Source: a virus. Taken from it: 64,000 nt of DNA. The translations under genes were made by a program, and so were the position numbers. The DNA is taken from positions 1 through 64,000 of IMG/VR virus record IMGVR_UViG_3300042691_019356. One strand, given 5' to 3'. The notes below the pieces were generated by a model, which was not told the origin of the DNA, searched no databases, and saw nothing but the letters and a program-made list of their open reading frames with translations. Numbering within the stretch: the stretch's first letter is position 1; each line of letters opens with the position of its first letter. Below are positions 21,786-30,438 of this stretch, piece by piece.

Positions 21786-22563
21786 GGTCTCCCAGCTCGT
21801 CGTCCCATTCGGCCCCGGCTGATTCAGGATCCAGATCAGATACTCCGGCCCCATCCCGCCCGGTATCAAGGGACGCATTCTTGCAGCATTCAAGCAATCT
21901 ATAGATTAGCACCCTCGTCTTGCCTTTCCCCAGTCTTTCAAATAAAATATCCGCCATCTCATGTACTTGATGGTTGGTTGGATTGCGAAATATCTTAATT
22001 GGTTTCAGGACTCGCTTCTTTTCTGCAAACCCTTCCTCAAAGTAGCATTGCTCTATATTTGCATACTTTCTGCCAGCACCAATTTGCTGCAGCAGCTCTG
22101 GATGATTCTGATAAATAAACCTTGCAACACCAAATAGCCACATTTTTTTGCGGCTATTGATGTTTCTTTTTTTTGCGATTGACTTGGCAAGTCGTCTGTA
22201 TTGAAATAATTCTTCCGGGAACTCAAAGCAAGGATCTTGCGTCCTTAGCCAATCAATAAATTGATAGCCATACCGATTGCTATTGTTTTCCTTGTATGCT
22301 GCTTGTGAAACTGCACAAAGAAAAGTGCTAAGATCCTTGACGCCAAGACCGTAATGAACATTGTGTATAAAATCTTTAATGCCGCGTAGTTTGGCTGGTT
22401 TGTTCTTTAGCGTCTTGTATCCAAGGTGAACCTCGGCCTCTGCAATGCGCAGCATGTCAGAGAAAAAAATCTCTGAAGCCTGGCCAGCCATGACAGTTCC
22501 AAGGTGCAACCTTGCGCTTTCTACAAGCATTGCACCGTAAAACGGGTCGTCCTTACTTATCAT
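21691..22563 (-). CDS. hypothetical protein, 290 aa, acidic C-terminal tail
   Basis: ATG-started ORF with an 11-nt overlap to the dNMP kinase gene. Its 3' end overlaps rusA. Confidence 0.6.
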   Translation of the reverse strand: MISKDDPFYGAMLVESARLHLGTVMAGQASEIFFSDMLRIAEAEVHLGYKTLKNKPAKLRGIKDFIHNVHYGLGVKDLSTFLCAVSQAAYKENNSNRYGYQFIDWLRTQDPCFEFPEELFQYRRLAKSIAKKRNINSRKKMWLFGVARFIYQNHPELLQQIGAGRKYANIEQCYFEEGFAEKKRVLKPIKIFRNPTNHQVHEMADILFERLGKGKTRVLIYRLLECCKNASLDTGRDGAGVSDLDPESAGAEWDDELGDLAPWASTAAEGEAQAGSWEELHLSSLPPVAE

Positions 22564-23125
22564 TAAACGATTTTACAACAGCAAGAATAGTTGCGCGAAG
22601 ATCCTCAAGGCTTCCGTCATTTGCGATCTCGACATCAAACATGACATCTTCAAGACCGCCTTCGCTTTCATGATCACAATCTGCCGTTTTCTTTGCTGAT
22701 TTTCTTGTGACTCGCCAAAGCTGACCACCAATTGATCGAATTAGCTCAGCCTCATTTGCGATCCTTACATCATCGACAATCACGCAAAATGTCTTACCAA
22801 ATTCAGTGTACTCACGCTTCCATGCCTTCAGCCAAATATCTCTATCAATCATGTTTCTCGCAAAATCTGTTCCCATCTTTTGCATAATACCTCTTCCTGT
22901 AACGCCTTTGGCCATGCCAGGAATTTGAACATTTTTCCTTGTATAGAAGTATTGCTTAGCCGACGACTCGTTCATTCCTGTAACGGCACAGACAAACTTG
23001 ACGCAAACCTCTTTCAGCGGCTTTGCGAATGGATGAATAATATAGCCGTGCTCACAAAGAATTTTTGCGGTCTCTGATTTACCGGATTGCGGAACAGGCG
23101 AATAGAGACCAATCAGTTGAACCAT
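22553..23125 (-). CDS. deoxynucleoside monophosphate kinase-like P-loop protein
   Basis: P-loop-like SPVPQSGKS is present. VIVDDVRIANEAELIR and HESEGGL resemble phage dNMP kinases. Confidence 0.55.
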   Translation of the reverse strand: MVQLIGLYSPVPQSGKSETAKILCEHGYIIHPFAKPLKEVCVKFVCAVTGMNESSAKQYFYTRKNVQIPGMAKGVTGRGIMQKMGTDFARNMIDRDIWLKAWKREYTEFGKTFCVIVDDVRIANEAELIRSIGGQLWRVTRKSAKKTADCDHESEGGLEDVMFDVEIANDGSLEDLRATILAVVKSFNDK

Positions 23126-23229
23126 GGTTTGTGAAAGGGGGCCGGGGCTTACAGACTAGAACCTTAGCATTGCCTGAAGGGTCCACATGCTGACCTGGAA
23201 CCACAATGCTCCGCTAACAGACCCCAAGC

Positions 23230-23284
23230 TTGCATTGAATTGCAACAGCGCACCGCACGGCCCGAGCAGTGGTATTCAATGCAA
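23230..23284. repeat. 11-bp perfect inverted repeat, 33-nt spacer
   Basis: TTGCATTGAAT (23230..23240) pairs with ATTCAATGCAA (23274..23284), in the ssb to dNMP kinase intergenic region. Confidence 0.8.
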
Positions 23285-23310
23285 AGGGAGGAACAGTCAT
23301 GCCCGGTTAA

Positions 23311-23679
23311 TCAAAAGGGAACTTCCTCTTCCTCGGATTGGCTGGATCTACGGCTGCCAGGAGATGAAGTACCACCACCAGCGGAAGGCTTGGCAGGAAT
23401 CGAGAACTCTGCACAATCCATGTAGATTTGGCAGTAGTCGGTTCCGTCCTTGCGCTGCTTACTCATGATTGCGCTAACGGCACCAGAGATTGTGACCTGA
23501 TCTCCATCATGAATGTAGTTGCACACTACATCAATCTTTTTGCCGTAGACCTTCGCATTGGCGTAATGAGTCTGTTTGCCATTGGAAGTTTTCCAACGAA
23601 GGGAAATTTCGGTGTAACGACCGTAATCGCCCTCTTTTGCGACGGGATCGCCGCTGACGTAACCAGTGACCGTGAGCAT
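23311..23679 (-). CDS. ssb: single-stranded DNA-binding protein
   Basis: OB-fold-like N-terminus, Gly/Ser-rich linker and acidic tip EEEEVPF. Confidence 0.75.
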   Translation of the reverse strand: MLTVTGYVSGDPVAKEGDYGRYTEISLRWKTSNGKQTHYANAKVYGKKIDVVCNYIHDGDQVTISGAVSAIMSKQRKDGTDYCQIYMDCAEFSIPAKPSAGGGTSSPGSRRSSQSEEEEVPF

Positions 23680-24494
23680 CAGAGTTTAATAGGGAACCTG
23701 GATTCTACAAGATATTGGAAGACCTTGTAGCGTTGGACAAAGGCATTGGCTGCCTTTTTGAGTTCAGCCCTGTTCAGGACATGAACATGCGGCTCTCTCC
23801 AATCGTAGCAGATGCAGATGACCCCCTGAGTAATGGGAGTCATAAAAGGATTCTGCTTTGCAAGAATGTTGTGAGCCAGGGCATAAGCGCCAATCTGGAC
23901 AAAAGCCTCAGCGTAGTAACGCATTGACTTTTCTTTTTTCTGTACTCCCTCCTCTTTATGAGAGCGTACAGACTTCCAGTCCCAAATGGTGTAATGACTA
24001 TCCCACCAAAGTCTTACATCCGGTGTTCCGGCCCAACCATGAGGACAGAAGATTGGCTTTTCGATTAGCAGCATGTTGTCAAGGTTGCTGCATTGCTGGG
24101 ATCCTGTTTCCATGCAATCCCCGCCAACAGCAAGCTCGTCAGCACTGCAAAGAGATGAACAAGGATTTTGCTTCTTCATCTCCAGCAGCAGCGGCTGAAG
24201 ATATGTCATATAACCATGGATGTTATACGACATCATCTCTTCGTAGGATGGCCTGTCCTTTACGTGGACTCGATTTGCGCCAGTAAGAGCAAGCTCGACC
24301 TCAGCGTGAATAAAGGTTCCACGCTGTTGACCACGTTCAAGAATCTCAACAGCATCTGGTTCATTGTTTTGCCACCATTCAAGGCTGCTGACCTTTGATG
24401 GATTGAACAATGGCAGAGTCCTGCCAAGAACATTACTTACCGCAATGTAGCCGATGCCATCCTTTCTATAGATGCCATCATCTGGGTGCGACAT
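23679..24494 (-). CDS. PD-(D/E)XK (RecB/Cas4-like) recombination exonuclease
   Basis: The motifs GTFIHAE, GTPDV...IWDWKS and QIGAYA are present, and the gene is adjacent to ERF. Confidence 0.65.
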   Translation of the reverse strand: MSHPDDGIYRKDGIGYIAVSNVLGRTLPLFNPSKVSSLEWWQNNEPDAVEILERGQQRGTFIHAEVELALTGANRVHVKDRPSYEEMMSYNIHGYMTYLQPLLLEMKKQNPCSSLCSADELAVGGDCMETGSQQCSNLDNMLLIEKPIFCPHGWAGTPDVRLWWDSHYTIWDWKSVRSHKEEGVQKKEKSMRYYAEAFVQIGAYALAHNILAKQNPFMTPITQGVICICYDWREPHVHVLNRAELKKAANAFVQRYKVFQYLVESRFPIKL

Positions 24495-25393
24495 CAGAAC
24501 AGCTCGTCAGCTTCCTTCTCAAGCTCGTCAAGCGAAGGCGCATCATTGTCTTCATCCGGAAGATCAATAACTTGCTCACCCTTGCTGTTCTTGCCGACGT
24601 TCAGGAGCTTGGCATAGTCAGGCGTCATCATCTTTAGCACCTTTGCACGAAGCTTTTCGGGGATCTCGGCAATTTCAGCAACCTTGACAACGGCAAGCAA
24701 TGTCTTAATGCCGATCGAATTCAGACCAGCTGCAGACATCGCTTCATACATTTCACTGACGAACGAATTGGTGTCATCGTCGCTGACAGTGGGCTGCTCC
24801 TGGGTGGCTGGCTCGGAAGCCTGCTGGGCGGGCTGCTGCTTGACCGGAGCGGCCTGCGCGGGGGCCTGCTTGGCATTGCGGGGCTGCCGGCCCTTGGCCT
24901 GGCCTTCGCTGCCCATGATGGCGTCCAGGGCATCGTGCTCGACGATCTCCATTGCCGTCACCCACAGGTAGCGGCGCAGGTACGTTTGCACGGCGCCAAG
25001 ATTCTGAATGTCGTGCGCTCCCTTCAGGCTTGCAGTTGCCATAGGGGATGTGATTTCCAGAATCCCACCACCCTCGGTATCAACAATGGTAAGAGTTGCG
25101 TAATCAGGCGTAAATGCAATGTAACCGCAAAGCCCAAGATTCAGAAAAATTTCCTGGACGGAGGGGAGAAAGTCACCAAGCTCAAAGTAGTGGTAGCCGG
25201 CAAACTTGTTGTGTCCAGACTTGGAAAGCTTTTTGCCCTGCAGCGCAACACGCGCCTGCATGAGCTTGTAATAAACGGCGCAGCCGGTGTCGGTTGCATG
25301 GGTTTGTTCGGTCATTGGTTCGGTGGTCATTGGTGGCTCGTTAGGTGTCAGCCAGTTTTTATGGTAGCAGGAGTGGGCGCGGCTGTCAAACAT
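24494..25393 (-). CDS. ERF-family single-strand annealing protein
   Basis: KSGHNKFAGYHYFELGDFLP and QNLGAVQTYLRRYLW match the ERF signatures. Confidence 0.75.
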   Translation of the reverse strand: MFDSRAHSCYHKNWLTPNEPPMTTEPMTEQTHATDTGCAVYYKLMQARVALQGKKLSKSGHNKFAGYHYFELGDFLPSVQEIFLNLGLCGYIAFTPDYATLTIVDTEGGGILEITSPMATASLKGAHDIQNLGAVQTYLRRYLWVTAMEIVEHDALDAIMGSEGQAKGRQPRNAKQAPAQAAPVKQQPAQQASEPATQEQPTVSDDDTNSFVSEMYEAMSAAGLNSIGIKTLLAVVKVAEIAEIPEKLRAKVLKMMTPDYAKLLNVGKNSKGEQVIDLPDEDNDAPSLDELEKEADELF

Positions 25394-25742
25394 CCCTCTC
25401 TTCCATTTCCCGGTGCAAGGCTTTCAGTAGCTGCTCGGTGCCAACACCGGTCGGAATTCGCAGCATTCGCCTGAAGTCATCGACTGTTGCATAGCGGGTG
25501 TCACCAGTCAGTGTGATAACCGCTTTGCCAGGCTCAACCTGAACATGCTTGACTCTGTAATTCTTGATAAGAGTGCCAAAAGCTGCATGAGCTGGAACTT
25601 GGAATTTTGTTTTCAACCCATGAAATTGCTCAAGCCAGTGAACACGCTCACCAAGCAAAACTGCGACATCGCCGCAATCTGCCACAAGCATTCCGCGATG
25701 CGGATCCCTTCCAAAAAGGGTGTCTTCAGAAAACTCAGGCAT
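25386..25742 (-). CDS. hypothetical protein, 118 aa
   Basis: ATG-started ORF with an 8-nt overlap (ATGCCTGA). Confidence 0.6.
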   Translation of the reverse strand: MPEFSEDTLFGRDPHRGMLVADCGDVAVLLGERVHWLEQFHGLKTKFQVPAHAAFGTLIKNYRVKHVQVEPGKAVITLTGDTRYATVDDFRRMLRIPTGVGTEQLLKALHREMEERDV

Positions 25743-26088
25743 CTCGGCTCTCCATGTTTTCGTAGATTTTTTTCATTAGAGCTTGGTTTGAGGTGTCAAT
25801 GCCTCCCAGCAAGAGTGATTCGATTTGAGATTTACGCCCTGGTGAAGAAGAATCTGCGTACCTGTCAATTACTGGATCAAAAATACGCAAGTGCAGCTCT
25901 AGTTCTGTAACCTCTCGTTCACAGAAATATCTACGATAGCCACCGGGAATAGAAAAATCTTGATAAGGAGTTTCGACGCTGATAGTGCTTGAAACAATCA
26001 TAAAATTGCCACTAAACACCATGCAACCGTCGTCCAATATAAACTTTTCTCCATTTGCGTAAAGCTTTTTGTCATAGTAGTCTGCCAT
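25735..26088 (-). CDS. hypothetical protein, 117 aa
   Basis: ATG-started ORF. Confidence 0.6.
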   Translation of the reverse strand: MADYYDKKLYANGEKFILDDGCMVFSGNFMIVSSTISVETPYQDFSIPGGYRRYFCEREVTELELHLRIFDPVIDRYADSSSPGRKSQIESLLLGGIDTSNQALMKKIYENMESRDA

Positions 26089-26101
26089 GGTTTTTCACTA
26101 G

Positions 26102-26130
26102 AGAAAAATAAAAGCCCGGAAAGCCGGGCT
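26102..26130 (-). terminator. Rho-independent terminator
   Basis: Minus strand reads AGCCCGG-CTTT-CCGGGCT followed by TTTTATTTTTCT. Confidence 0.7.
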
Positions 26131-26144
26131 AGTTGAATCAGTTA

Positions 26145-26405
26145 TCAGAACAGAGCAATCTCGTTCGGATCCTTTTCCAGCAGTTTTTGCAGGTCTGCTT
26201 TTGCCTTGGCCAGCAACTTTTCCAGTCGCTTGATCTCAAGAACACGCTCCTTGATAACAGCTTTTGCTGCATCGCGGCTGCCAGTGTTCACCTCGTCCAG
26301 AACTTCTTCAAACAGGCTCCGAGTCGAGTCCGTTGCAAGAACTTCCGTCGTAGTGGAAGGAAGCGGCGAAAGGCCGCACTGCTCGTTGGTGGTCTCTTCA
26401 GTCAT
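26145..26405 (-). CDS. coiled-coil protein, 86 aa
   Basis: Internal ATG 26405 (MTEETTNEQ...). Confidence 0.55.
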   Translation of the reverse strand: MTEETTNEQCGLSPLPSTTTEVLATDSTRSLFEEVLDEVNTGSRDAAKAVIKERVLEIKRLEKLLAKAKADLQKLLEKDPNEIALF

Positions 26406-26444
26406 TGGGTGGTTGCCCAAGTGGCGTACGTCATCTGTTCTAGC

Positions 26445-26771
26445 ATGGCCGAACACCGACCGTCAAGCATGGCAACCATCGCAAGCACCAATCTTAATAG
26501 GCTTCTAAGACTGACGGCAAACCTGCTTTTCGAGAAAAAAGAAGATCCAAAAAACGTCGCAAGATTGATGGAAGGATTCGTAACAAACGCCATGATCAAT
26601 ACATGGTACGAGCAATACTGCAAGACAAACGGTATCAGCACAGATACAAACCTCACATCACATAAACGCAGATTGCCAATGCCGCCGATCGACTGGCAAG
26701 CAGTTGACGTGAAAACAATTGACCAGATGCTTAACAGCGAACCAGATAACGATGACGAACCGGACTGGTAG
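26445..26771 (+). CDS. hypothetical protein, about 108 aa (plus-strand island)
   Basis: ATG 26445 or 26469. It is divergent from 26145..26405. Confidence 0.45.
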   Translation: MAEHRPSSMATIASTNLNRLLRLTANLLFEKKEDPKNVARLMEGFVTNAMINTWYEQYCKTNGISTDTNLTSHKRRLPMPPIDWQAVDVKTIDQMLNSEPDNDDEPDW

Positions 26772-26849
26772 TTGCGGGCGCCAGGCCAAGCCGCTACCCT
26801 GAGAGTCCGGCGGGCGCCGGTAGTAAAGAATTCTCAGCACTTTTCGGCA

Positions 26850-27041
26850 ATGAACAAAGCAATCGGGGCAGAAGCTGAATCAGGTTTCAACGGAAAAATG
26901 CCAGACGTGATTCATGCCCTGCTTGCCGATATTGCCGAGATTCGCAACATCATCCTGCTCAATGCCCCTAGCTGCCTGCCGCAGGTAGCTCCGGCACTGA
27001 TTGACGCCGAAGATCAGGTCAAGATCCTTTGGCAGAACTAG
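26850..27041 (+). CDS. hypothetical protein, 63 aa
   Basis: Internal ATG 26850. Its 3' end is convergent with and overlaps 27019..27243. Confidence 0.4.
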   Translation: MNKAIGAEAESGFNGKMPDVIHALLADIAEIRNIILLNAPSCLPQVAPALIDAEDQVKILWQN

Positions 27042-27243
27042 ACTTTCTGCTGTTCCGAGACTTGTTGCGGTAGCTGACTTTTTCCTTGTTGATTTCCTGC
27101 ATCAGAGCCCTGAGTCGATCCGCTTCGTACTCCCCCCTGCGCTCTGCAATTTCAGCAAGAGTTTCTTTGTAGCCAGGTGGCTCAAGGTCTGGGCGACGAA
27201 GGAATATCTGAGTCCAGTTTGGTGTTGGGTGTTGATCCGACAT
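27019..27243 (-). CDS. hypothetical protein, 74 aa
   Basis: The ATG overlaps the dnaB stop (TGATG). Confidence 0.55.
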   Translation of the reverse strand: MSDQHPTPNWTQIFLRRPDLEPPGYKETLAEIAERRGEYEADRLRALMQEINKEKVSYRNKSRNSRKSSSAKGS

Positions 27244-28691
27244 CAGAGGCGATCAAATACAACAGATGACGCAAGATCAATCTTGCATTGAAGTGTTCCA
27301 GTGATGCCACCTCGATTTTTGGCAACCGAAATCGCAAGCTCGTAGGGATCGGCCTCAGTGTCGTAATAACCAGGACGAAACAGAAACATCACAATATCTG
27401 CATCTTCCTCAATCCGACCAGATGCACGTAGGTCTGACAACGTTGGCATCTTGTCGTTTCGCTGCTCAACACCACGATTGACCTGACTCATTAAGATAAT
27501 ATCAATTCCAAGTTCAACAGCAAGACGCTTCAATGTTTTTGTGGCAACACCAATTGCAGTTGCGTCATTTGCTGTTCCAGTGCATCCATCTATCAACTGC
27601 AAATAGTCAATGAAAATACCACGAAGGTTGGGGCGCGTTCTTGCAAGCATTCTCACAGTTGCAGCAACGGAAGCAACATCCTGGCTTTTATCAAAAACAT
27701 CAAAAGCCTTAACAAAGGAAGAAGTATTAAGCTCTTTGATTCTCTGCCTTTGTGCTGGGCTGTAACTACGATTCTGTAAATTGCCCATCCTGATTGGATC
27801 AACAATTCTACCAGCTTCTTTCATTCGCAAGAAATCAAGACAGGAAACTGCCTTATATTCGATCTGACGCCTTGGCATTTCAAGACTGAAAAAAGCAACG
27901 TTGTTGCCAGTATTAGCCAGGTGTGTTGCAAGTGTTACGGCAGCCGTTGTCTTGCCCATTGCTGGCCGTGCAGCAATTACAATCAATCGACCACCGTAAG
28001 CTGAATCGGGTCCGGCAATACCACCTTGAATAGTATTATCAAGAATTGTAATACCAGTGCTGACAGTATTGTTCTCTGGCAGTGGTTGAAGCAACTCTGT
28101 AATTGTGCTATCCCATCCCTTATCTCCCTGTTCATCTTCTGATAGTGAATTCCATATAGTTTGCTGTCTTTCAATCAGAGACGGAATCTTTTCTGCAAGT
28201 AGCTCATGGCTTGGGCTTTCATCAAGTGCGTCAACAAGAAGTTCAGCCGAATTGCGAAGGTAGCGCCTTGCAAGCTTGAGACGCCAAAGCGGAATAACAG
28301 AATCAGAGAGAACAGAGAAAGAATATACACCAGCAAATAACGGACTTGCTGATCTTGCGTTTTCCACGATCTGTTCGCCACTTTCTTCAGACTTGAGTAT
28401 TCCGCTCATAATCATTGCATTCAATCTCAATGCAATGGATCCGGGCATAATAAATCCATCTTTGCCAACCTCTAACATTGCCTTGCTAATTGCAATATAC
28501 GCGGCACGCATCTTTCTATCGCTAAACCAAGAATCATTAACAGAGGAGACAACTTCGTACATCTTGCTGGATCTGTAGTCACCAGACTCAATCGCATCAA
28601 CACAAAAAGCAACAAATGCTTCTTCCATTTCAGTTGTATCCCATGACCGCATGAAAGGGATCAGGGATTCAGCCTTCTCGATCTTCTTCAT
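27243..28691 (-). CDS. dnaB: DnaB-type replicative DNA helicase
   Basis: Walker A AARPAMGKTT is present, with FSLEMP, IDYLQLI and SQVNRGVEQRNDKMPTLSDLRASGRIEEDADIVMFLFRPGYY. Confidence 0.9.
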   Translation of the reverse strand: MKKIEKAESLIPFMRSWDTTEMEEAFVAFCVDAIESGDYRSSKMYEVVSSVNDSWFSDRKMRAAYIAISKAMLEVGKDGFIMPGSIALRLNAMIMSGILKSEESGEQIVENARSASPLFAGVYSFSVLSDSVIPLWRLKLARRYLRNSAELLVDALDESPSHELLAEKIPSLIERQQTIWNSLSEDEQGDKGWDSTITELLQPLPENNTVSTGITILDNTIQGGIAGPDSAYGGRLIVIAARPAMGKTTAAVTLATHLANTGNNVAFFSLEMPRRQIEYKAVSCLDFLRMKEAGRIVDPIRMGNLQNRSYSPAQRQRIKELNTSSFVKAFDVFDKSQDVASVAATVRMLARTRPNLRGIFIDYLQLIDGCTGTANDATAIGVATKTLKRLAVELGIDIILMSQVNRGVEQRNDKMPTLSDLRASGRIEEDADIVMFLFRPGYYDTEADPYELAISVAKNRGGITGTLQCKIDLASSVVFDRL

Positions 28692-29497
28692 GAAAGTGTG
28701 TAGTTGACTTTGTTTGTAGTTGGATTTGCAGGAACTTGCTTACCGCATTCCTTCGTGATCTTGCAAATAACGTCCTTGTATCCTATAAAGCCAAGTGACT
28801 GCCAGTTTCTCTCGGAAGCGTACTCACAGTATTCTGCAAGGACTCCAAGCTGCTTTGCATACAACAAGCCATTCAGCGTGGATTTTGTAAGTCCTGGTGC
28901 AACGCGAGGATGTGCCTTGCGGCGGTTGGCCTGCCACTGCTCCAGGTGCTCCCGGTAGGGCTCCAGCCAGTCGGGCAGCTCCAGCGATCGAGGGCTGGCC
29001 GCTGAGCGTCGAGGGGTCGGCGGTTGGGGGCTATGGGGGTTTTCTTGGTTTATTGGTTTTCTTTCTATTGGTTTTCTCTGGTGGACTGAAAATCCGTCCG
29101 CTGGTTTTCCGTCCGCCGGTAGGCCGGTGGACTGATTTTCAGTCCACCGGTCATCGGCCACCGCTGGCGACGGCTGCTCGACCGGTTCTGGCGGAACTGC
29201 CTGGTCGGTGAACTTGTAAATTTCACCAGTAACACGACCATCCGCATTCCTGGTTTTCACGTTCTGCAGGTAGCCATATTCCCTAAGCTCGCGCAGCGCA
29301 ACTTTTATGGCATCTCTCCCCTCGGTCCCATGAGAGATAATCCAGTCCCTTGTGAAAACAAAGTTCTCAGCGTGTGAAAGACATCCAGCGAGAATACCCT
29401 TTGCACGCCAGCTAATCCTGCTATCTCGTATAGCCTCATTAAGAATGATGGTAAAGTTTTTACCAGCAGGAGTCGATGTAAAACGCAAGTCGCTCAT
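28688..29497 (-). CDS. putative replication initiator (N-terminal winged-helix domain)
   Basis: It lies immediately upstream of dnaB with an ATGA overlap. The N-terminus is wHTH-like (RDAIKVALRELREYGYL). The central linker carries the DNA repeats. Confidence 0.55.
   Translation of the reverse strand: MSDLRFTSTPAGKNFTIILNEAIRDSRISWRAKGILAGCLSHAENFVFTRDWIISHGTEGRDAIKVALRELREYGYLQNVKTRNADGRVTGEIYKFTDQAVPPEPVEQPSPAVADDRWTENQSTGLPADGKPADGFSVHQRKPIERKPINQENPHSPQPPTPRRSAASPRSLELPDWLEPYREHLEQWQANRRKAHPRVAPGLTKSTLNGLLYAKQLGVLAEYCEYASERNWQSLGFIGYKDVICKITKECGKQVPANPTTNKVNYTLS
29046..29150. promoter_or_regulatory. putative replication origin (iterons plus palindrome) inside the initiator gene
   Basis: tattggttttct occurs twice (29051, 29066). 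tccgtccgc occurs twice (29093, 29108). ggtggactga occurs at 29080 and 29126. A perfect 12-bp palindrome ccggtggactga-ttt-tcagtccaccgg lies at 29124..29150. A T-rich flank is present. Confidence 0.5.
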
Positions 29498-29673
29498 TTT
29501 CCACCATTGGCAAGGTCTGCAAAGACTTGAGCAGCGTTCTTTTCTTGTTCCTCAATTTCAAGTGCCTTGTAGATCAGGCCACGGATATGAGTTGAGAGTC
29601 CGAGGTACTTCGGCTTCTTCAACTTCAACTCGTTAATCAGTTCGTCTGGAAGTGAGACACAGATGCGTGCCAT
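29494..29673 (-). CDS. ribbon-helix-helix (CopG/Arc-like) regulator, 59 aa
   Basis: MARICVSLPDELINELK fits the RHH beta-strand plus helix pattern. ATG 29673 lies downstream of the -10. The track TTG start is upstream of the predicted transcription start. Confidence 0.55.
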   Translation of the reverse strand: MARICVSLPDELINELKLKKPKYLGLSTHIRGLIYKALEIEEQEKNAAQVFADLANGGK

Positions 29674-29702
29674 GTGCTGATTCGATGTGAGTGGACTCAA
29701 AA

Positions 29703-29731
29703 AGCATACACATCTGCAGCGCCCCCGTCAA
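29703..29731 (-). promoter_or_regulatory. leftward promoter of the replication operon
   Basis: TTGACG (29726..29731), 17-nt spacer, TATGCT (29703..29708). Confidence 0.55.
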
Positions 29732-29982
29732 GGCCCCTTCGCTAGCACCTCGGGTATCACCTCACCTGAAACCGGATTGAGGCACCTTCCTGGGGCGCCT
29801 GGGCGTCGATCCGGTGGCCTTGGTGACGAGTGATCCACCCCCGGCTACCTCGGACAGCCCAAAAACAGGTGGACAGCGATCGAACTGTCACAGATTTACT
29901 GTCAACGTTCCGTCGTGTGTCAGGTTTCAATGCACCCACAAGTAACAAGCAAGTGGCTGCTCGAAAACCAATCAAGAAATCC

Positions 29983-30204
29983 ATGAAACGACCCTTTGTT
30001 CCTGGTGACGAGGTTTACGCAAGGTGGTTTGGCGATGACACGCTGACCATCGTTGATAAAGCCGATGTCGCAAGTCCCTTTCCGCACTACATCTGCAAGA
30101 TCAATAGAGCAACGTGGATCATTCCAAAAATTCACCTGTCAAGAAAGAAAATTGCCAGCGAGACTGGTGATGGCAATCGCCGCCAGCTCTCTGCTTTTAA
30201 TTGA
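29983..30204 (+). CDS. hypothetical protein, 73 aa
   Basis: Internal ATG 29983. The upstream part of the track ORF lies in the GC-rich switch region. Confidence 0.5.
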   Translation: MKRPFVPGDEVYARWFGDDTLTIVDKADVASPFPHYICKINRATWIIPKIHLSRKKIASETGDGNRRQLSAFN

Positions 30205-30429
30205 ATGACACGCCGACTTCCTGTAGCGCAGCTTGTGTTAGACCAGTTGCATGAAGCCAAGATCACCGGTAGAAAACCGGATCACTGGGAGATAGGAATT
30301 GAAAGACTGAAAGAGTTGTTTGCGTCGGGTCTTGTTGAAAGGCTTGATCCAAGTTCTTTTAAGATTGCCGACCTTCCTGTAAGAGTTAATGATGAAGATT
30401 CTGATCACTTTTCACTTCACACTAGCTGA
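30205..30429 (+). CDS. hypothetical protein, 74 aa
   Basis: The ATG abuts the previous stop. It is a paralogue of the next gene. Confidence 0.55.
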   Translation: MTRRLPVAQLVLDQLHEAKITGRKPDHWEIGIERLKELFASGLVERLDPSSFKIADLPVRVNDEDSDHFSLHTS

Positions 30430-30438
30430 GGAATTGAA

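Noticed and set aside
21508-21998. Plus-strand ORFs 21508..21711 and 21609..21998.
   Set aside because: They are antisense to the rusA/290-aa overlap in a GC-rich segment.
29757-29984. 75-aa minus-strand ORF and the N-terminal 51 codons of plus ORF 29830..30204.
   Set aside because: Both lie in the GC-rich divergent control region. They use alternative starts and have Arg/Pro-rich artefact-like composition.
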